From: Spirochaetales bacterium
Lineage (GTDB): Bacteria; Spirochaetota; Spirochaetia; JABEVK01
Reading direction: 5' to 3'
NCBI GenBank assembly: GCA_037142615.1
Contig: JBAXAI010000013.1
Coordinates: 32,758 to 96,757, forward strand
DNA length: 64,000 nucleotides
Part shown: positions 59,210-64,000 of the stretch, in pieces
How positions within the stretch are numbered: the stretch's first letter is position 1
Layout: every line of letters begins with the position of its first letter
Notes under the pieces: generated by a model
What the model saw: the letters and a program-made list of their open reading frames with translations, nothing else
Database searches by the model: none
Told to the model about the DNA's origin: nothing
Made by a program: the position numbers and the translations under genes

Positions 59210-60841
59210 ATGAAAAAAAGCCTGTTTGCCCTCGCAGCAACGGTCGCCCTGCTTTTCATTGTGTCTTGTAGCGGTAGCGACACCCTCAACTTTGGCAGCG
59301 CCCACTACGACCTGGCCAGTACCCGTAACGTTCCCGTAACCGAAATCACCAAGGACAACGTCAAAGACCTTGGCATTGTCTGGAAGGCTGATTTCAAGGC
59401 ACTTGACTCCAATGTGCCGAACGGAAACCAGAGCTTCCCCATCGTTGTGGATGGTGTGCTCTACGTCACCACCATGCAGAACCACATCTTTGCGTTTGAT
59501 GCAGCCACCGGTGCGCAGAAGTGGCACTGGACCCCTGATGCCGAACTGGTTGCCACGGCGACCAAGCTGCACGGCGGTGCCAACCGCGGCGTGGCCGTCG
59601 ACGGAGGCTTCGTCTTTGAAGTCCTTTATGACAACCGCGTCGCCAAGATCGACGCCAAGACCGGATCGACGGTCAAAATCGTCAAGATCGCCGAACTGCT
59701 CCCCGAACTCAAGGACGTCACAACCGACAACGGTTACTATGAAACCAGCCTCCCCGTCATCTCGAAGGGCATCGTCTACATTGGTTCGGCCGGTTCCGAC
59801 AACGGCGTTCGCGGCTTCGTCATGGCCCTCAAGGCCGCCGACCTGACCGCTGCCTGGGACGCTCCCTTCTGGGCCGTTCCTCCCAAGGGACAGGATTGGC
59901 TGGCGACCAGTCACTTCAATGGCGGCGGCACCACCTGGATGCCCATCACCGTTGACGCTGAAACCGACATCATCTACTTCGGAACCGGTAACCCGGCGCC
60001 CGACTTCTACGGCGAGAACCGCCCCGGAGCCAACCCCGACGTTGACTCTGTCGTCGCGGCGGATGGCAAGACAGGCAAGAAGCTCTGGGCGGGACAGTTC
60101 GTTGCCCACGACTTGTGGGACTACGACGTCGCGGCTTCCCCCATGCTCCTCAAGGCAAAAGTTGGCGACAAGGTCCGCAAGATCGTTGTCGACGGTGGTA
60201 AGGGTGGCGAATGGTGGGCTTTTGACGCTGCAACCGGCGAAGTCATCTATAAGAATGTCGCTTTCAACAAGCAAGATCACCAGCCCGTGACCACGGGTGG
60301 CGTGCTCGGCTATCCCGGCATCTTGGGTGGCCAGAACTACGCTCCTGAAGCCTACGACCCCGCGAGCAACTACGTGCTGATCCCCGGCATCGAGTATCCG
60401 TCGTTCCTTCGTTCTTCCAAGGACCAGGACAGCGGCGACGCGAGCTTCGGCTTCGGTGCTTTGACCTTCGGAACCATGTGGGACATCGGCTCCACTCCCA
60501 AGGACATCGTTCCCTACGGCACGGTCACCGCGGTCGATGTGGCCACCGGCCAAATCGTCTACACCAACAAGACCGACATGATGATGCGCGGTGGATTCAC
60601 CACCACGGCCACCGGTCTGGCCTTCTACGGCGAAGGCAACGGCAAGTTCCGCGCCATCGACGTCAAGTCGGGCGCCACGGTCTGGGAGTTCCAGGTCGAT
60701 GGCGACAGCATCGGCGCAGCTCCCACCATCTACAAGGTTGGCGGCAAGGTCTACGTTGCGATTACCAGTGGAGGCGCCAAGCCCAAGTTGCACGTCTTCG
60801 GCTTCGGCGGAGACAAGACCCAAGCTGCAGCGGCCCAGTAA
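59210..60841 (+). CDS. PQQ-dependent dehydrogenase-family lipoprotein
   Basis: Lipobox IVSC, PIVVDGVLYV, NRGVA, GVRG, GTGNPAP, HDLWDYD and repeated AxDxxTG tryptophan-docking blades. Confidence 0.9.
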   Translation: MKKSLFALAATVALLFIVSCSGSDTLNFGSAHYDLASTRNVPVTEITKDNVKDLGIVWKADFKALDSNVPNGNQSFPIVVDGVLYVTTMQNHIFAFDAATGAQKWHWTPDAELVATATKLHGGANRGVAVDGGFVFEVLYDNRVAKIDAKTGSTVKIVKIAELLPELKDVTTDNGYYETSLPVISKGIVYIGSAGSDNGVRGFVMALKAADLTAAWDAPFWAVPPKGQDWLATSHFNGGGTTWMPITVDAETDIIYFGTGNPAPDFYGENRPGANPDVDSVVAADGKTGKKLWAGQFVAHDLWDYDVAASPMLLKAKVGDKVRKIVVDGGKGGEWWAFDAATGEVIYKNVAFNKQDHQPVTTGGVLGYPGILGGQNYAPEAYDPASNYVLIPGIEYPSFLRSSKDQDSGDASFGFGALTFGTMWDIGSTPKDIVPYGTVTAVDVATGQIVYTNKTDMMMRGGFTTTATGLAFYGEGNGKFRAIDVKSGATVWEFQVDGDSIGAAPTIYKVGGKVYVAITSGGAKPKLHVFGFGGDKTQAAAAQ

Positions 60842-60844
60842 CAC

Positions 60845-61897
60845 ATGAAAAACACCAGCATTCCCTTTCTGACTACTGTCTTGTTTTTGGGGGTGCTGGC
60901 TTCCTGCGTGCCGTCCGGACCTTTGGTGTTTAGTTTTGACACCAAGGCCTGGTCGGTCTACGCGTGGAAAGCTGACGGTTCCCATCAGGTGCCTGTTCAG
61001 GGTCGACTCCTTCAGGGAAACCAACCCGTCAAGCAAGCGACCGTTACCCTTGGTTCAGGCAGAACGCTGCTTACCGACGGTGAAGGTCGGTTCTCACTTT
61101 CTATTGACCGGACTTTTCCGCACTCCCTTGCCGTGACGAGCGTCGAGCCCGGCACCAACCGCTCGGTTACCGAGAACCTTCTTGTCTATTACCCGATCTC
61201 GGTGCTCGACATGATCGAAGTCCCGGGAAGCAACGGACTCGTCGAACTGACAGCCAGGGCCAACGTTTCCACTCCCGTCCAGCAGGTCAAGATCGACTTT
61301 GCGGTTCAGGGAACGGTCACGACGGCCGATGGCCAGCCCGCAGTGGGGGCTGTTGTTTCACAGCACGAGCAGGGGGGCGAGGGTTGGGCCATTTCGACGC
61401 CTGCCGACGCCAAAGGGTTCTACGCCTTTTACTTGGCTCCCGAAGCAGACACGGGGCTTCTCATCCGGGTCAACTACAAGAACACCGACTTCACGTTTCC
61501 ACCGGGTCGCTTCCTGCACTTGCTCGATGACCTGAGCATGCAGATGGACCTTATTCTGCCCTCGCAAGGGACCACCATTCTCGACAAGCCGCCCACTCTT
61601 TCGATGAAACCCATCCCTGGAAAACGCTACCGCACGCTCATACTCGGGGCTAAGAATCCCCAAACCGGGTCGTACTACGAAGTGACCTTACCGGACGCCG
61701 AAGGCAATTTCCGCGTCAAACTTCCGAAGGCCGACTTTCAGGCCGGAGTCCAGTGGGTCGAGGCGGAACTACGCTTCTTCAGCGCCCGTGAACTCGTGAC
61801 TGGCGACTGGGTCGGCCCCCGTGAACTCGATACCGCAGCGCAGACCATTCCCTTCCTCAACCTTCCGCTCGCGCTCGTCTCTCACGGAATACTTTAG
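60845..61897 (+). CDS. Lipoprotein with carboxypeptidase-regulatory-like beta-sandwich domains
   Basis: Lipobox LASC, VQGRLL...TDGEGRF and VQGTVTTADGQPAVGAVV...DAKGFY. Starts 3 nt after the PQQ gene. Confidence 0.7.
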   Translation: MKNTSIPFLTTVLFLGVLASCVPSGPLVFSFDTKAWSVYAWKADGSHQVPVQGRLLQGNQPVKQATVTLGSGRTLLTDGEGRFSLSIDRTFPHSLAVTSVEPGTNRSVTENLLVYYPISVLDMIEVPGSNGLVELTARANVSTPVQQVKIDFAVQGTVTTADGQPAVGAVVSQHEQGGEGWAISTPADAKGFYAFYLAPEADTGLLIRVNYKNTDFTFPPGRFLHLLDDLSMQMDLILPSQGTTILDKPPTLSMKPIPGKRYRTLILGAKNPQTGSYYEVTLPDAEGNFRVKLPKADFQAGVQWVEAELRFFSARELVTGDWVGPRELDTAAQTIPFLNLPLALVSHGIL

Positions 61898-61903
61898 CCG
61901 TAC

Positions 61904-62569
61904 CTACTTCAGATGCCGGGTCAAGAAGTCCAGCGTCTGCGCCCAGGCGTCAGCAGACGCTGCTGGTTTGTAAACGCTCGGGTCGCTGTCACGGAAGAAA
62001 GCGTGGCCTGAGTTTGGGTACACCGTAAGTTTGTGGTCCACTTTCTGACGCTGCAGAATCTGGCGGAACTCCTCGATTGTTCCAGCGGGAATCGAAACGT
62101 CGGCATCACCGAAGAACCCCAGAACCGGGGCCCTCAGCGACCCCATCCGGTCAAACAGAGTTTGCATCTGGCCACCGTAAAAGGTGCACACCGCGTCCAG
62201 GGGCCTTGCGAGCGCCAGGCCCAAGCTCAGGCGGCCACCGTAGCAAAAGCCCAGACTAGCGACCTTGCCGCTCCCTTCTGGGTTGGCGGCGATCGAGTCG
62301 AACAAGACTTCGAGTTCAGCGGCCGCCGCGGCTGAGTGCTTCTTCATGTAGCTCATTGCTGCCGAGTTGTCCCCCAGAGGGGCAAGGTCGCCATGATACA
62401 GATCGGGGGCAAACGCCAAATAGCCTTGGCCGGCAAAGCGCGACGCTATGGATTCCGTTTGCAGGTCGAGACCCCACCACTCGTGGATCACGATGACGAC
62501 GGGCCAAGGGCCTTTTCCGACGGGCCTGGCGAGAAATCCGGGGACAGTACCCCATATAGCTGAGCTCAT
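61904..62569 (-). CDS. Dienelactone hydrolase family protein
   Basis: Motifs HEWWGL, APDLY, GFCYGG (nucleophile Cys) and GHAF. Confidence 0.93.
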   Translation of the reverse strand: MSSAIWGTVPGFLARPVGKGPWPVVIVIHEWWGLDLQTESIASRFAGQGYLAFAPDLYHGDLAPLGDNSAAMSYMKKHSAAAAAELEVLFDSIAANPEGSGKVASLGFCYGGRLSLGLALARPLDAVCTFYGGQMQTLFDRMGSLRAPVLGFFGDADVSIPAGTIEEFRQILQRQKVDHKLTVYPNSGHAFFRDSDPSVYKPAASADAWAQTLDFLTRHLK

Positions 62570-62615
62570 GGTTCACCTCGCTGGCATTGTAGCGCATCCC
62601 ATGGCACAATGACGC

Positions 62616-63254
62616 ATGTTTAAACTTCACAACCCCATCGTTGTTCTTGACTTGGAAGCTACCGCAGGCAAGGACTCACAAGGGAATCAGACCAATAACT
62701 GCATCATCGACTTGGGCGCAGTGTATTTGAACGAACTTCTCGAAGTGGAGGGGACCTTTGAAGCGTTGGTCCAACCCGAAGAGCCCCTTACGCCCTTCAT
62801 CACCAAACTCACGGGGATAACCCCTGCCATGGTCGCCGGCCAGCCGGACTTTGCCACGGTGGGACCCGCCTTCGTTCGTTGGGTTGAGTCCCTCGCTGGC
62901 AATGTCAAAAAAGTGCGGCTCGCGGCCTGGGGCAACTACTTCGACATTCCTCTTTTGAGAAAGAACTTCCAGAACCACGGGCTCGAGTTTCCTTTCTCGG
63001 GGACGGCGCTCGACGTCAAAACCCTGGGTTTCCTATGGCTCTCGCAGAGCGGAAGGCGCACGGACAAGATCAGTCTCGAGTTTTTTGCCCAGCACTACGG
63101 ACTGGCTGTGGAAGGGACCTGGCATCGGGCGCTCACCGACGCCAAGATCACCGCGCAGACCCTCGTTCACGTTTGGAAGGACCTGGGCGGATTTTTTGTC
63201 CCCGTCAGGGAAGGGGAGCCGCATCGCTTGGTGAGGATTCAGGAACAGCCGTGA
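62616..63254 (+). CDS. DEDDh 3'-5' exonuclease
   Basis: Motifs LDLEAT, LTGIT, WGNYFD and HRALTDA. Confidence 0.92.
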   Translation: MFKLHNPIVVLDLEATAGKDSQGNQTNNCIIDLGAVYLNELLEVEGTFEALVQPEEPLTPFITKLTGITPAMVAGQPDFATVGPAFVRWVESLAGNVKKVRLAAWGNYFDIPLLRKNFQNHGLEFPFSGTALDVKTLGFLWLSQSGRRTDKISLEFFAQHYGLAVEGTWHRALTDAKITAQTLVHVWKDLGGFFVPVREGEPHRLVRIQEQP

Positions 63255-63873
63255 GTTCCTGTTCGAGAACAGCCTGCAGAGCAGCGTTTCCTCCCGTGTG
63301 CGCGTACCACAGCACCGTGTGTCCCAGATAGTCTTCGTCGGCCGGGTTGGCTCCCCAACTCAGCAGCTCGAGCGCATTTTGTTCCAAACCTGCGGCACAC
63401 GCCAGCATCAGGGGGGTAACGCCAAGATCGGAGCGTTGCACGGGCGGGACACCTCTTTGAAGCAAGTAGACTGTCATTTCCGGGTGGCTCGACTGCGCTC
63501 CGGCGTGAGCAAGGCTCCAACCTTCTCTGTCCACCTGTTCTAGCCGTGCACCCGCGGCCGCGATCTTTCGAAATAGATCTAGTCGCCCCTGGATTGAAAC
63601 GTCGAACAGAAGGTTTCGTCCCGAATCGTCGATGGCGTCGGCCGGTGCGCCCCGGTAGCTGAGCACGTCAAAGACTTCGCTGGCCCCGCGGCGAATGGCC
63701 CAGGCCAGTTCTGCAGGTCCCGGGATGATGGACTCCGTTCCCCGAGGTTCCGTCAGATTCCAGGCAGCAAGGGCATCATTGTTGACAATGGCCCAGTACA
63801 GAGGAGTTTCCTGGGCTCCGATCGGGTTCAGTAGGCCCGCGGTGAGCATGGCTACGGCAACGATTTGCTTCAC
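63205..63873 (-). CDS. Exported ankyrin-repeat protein
   Basis: Repeats TPLYWAI, GRNLL, GWSLAH, GVTPLMLA and GHTVLWYA. The GTG start at 63873 is tentative. Confidence 0.78.
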   Translation of the reverse strand: MKQIVAVAMLTAGLLNPIGAQETPLYWAIVNNDALAAWNLTEPRGTESIIPGPAELAWAIRRGASEVFDVLSYRGAPADAIDDSGRNLLFDVSIQGRLDLFRKIAAAGARLEQVDREGWSLAHAGAQSSHPEMTVYLLQRGVPPVQRSDLGVTPLMLACAAGLEQNALELLSWGANPADEDYLGHTVLWYAHTGGNAALQAVLEQELTAVPESSPSDAAPLP

Positions 63874-64000
63874 CTCTCGAATATCGGCAGCAATACCCGG
63901 GAAACTGACTCGGCTCGCCATTCTCGCAAGATTGTCCGGTAAGTGGTTGACGCGCTTGGGCGGGTCTGCTATGTTCACTCTCGCCGCTAGCGAACAACGC

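Noticed and set aside
59186-61036. Long antisense ORFs (616 aa here; also 31886-33547, 33634-35271, 39225-41054, 52552-54378)
   Set aside because: They are shadows of well-supported genes in GC-rich DNA and carry no recognisable motifs.

Overview
GC-rich chromosomal window, most likely from a free-living spirochaete: it carries a FlaB flagellin with a sigma28-like promoter, a RelA/SpoT-TPR alarmone synthetase, a Borrelia-order mvaS-fni-mvaA block and many lipoproteins. The first ~24.5 kb is mostly housekeeping: upper mevalonate genes, mnmA, pgsA, a yeast/plant-type chorismate mutase, rhomboid, membrane PhoD, prfA-prmC, a two-component pair with a deleted receiver domain and a vapC pseudogene. 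From ~24.5 to 57.5 kb lies a ~33 kb glycan-utilisation locus. It has three GH172 (DUF2961) proteins, two GH38 alpha-mannosidases, two paralogous GH39-like enzymes and a GH3. It also has a lyxose/mannose isomerase-PfkB-MtlD-epimerase operon, a UroD-fold protein, lectin-like and LGFP-like surface proteins, ABC components, an MCP, and two regulators whose candidate operators are visible in the DNA. My best hypothesis, which is inference, is scavenging of D-arabino-mannan of the mycobacterial/actinobacterial envelope type. The right end holds flaB and a divergent CuA-cupredoxin / PQQ-dehydrogenase lipoprotein module. About a dozen genes have a TANNNT -10 box 5-7 nt before the ATG and no clear Shine-Dalgarno, suggesting widespread leaderless transcripts. 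I saw no rRNA, tRNA, CRISPR array, transposase or integrase. All family assignments come from reading motifs by eye, not from database searches.
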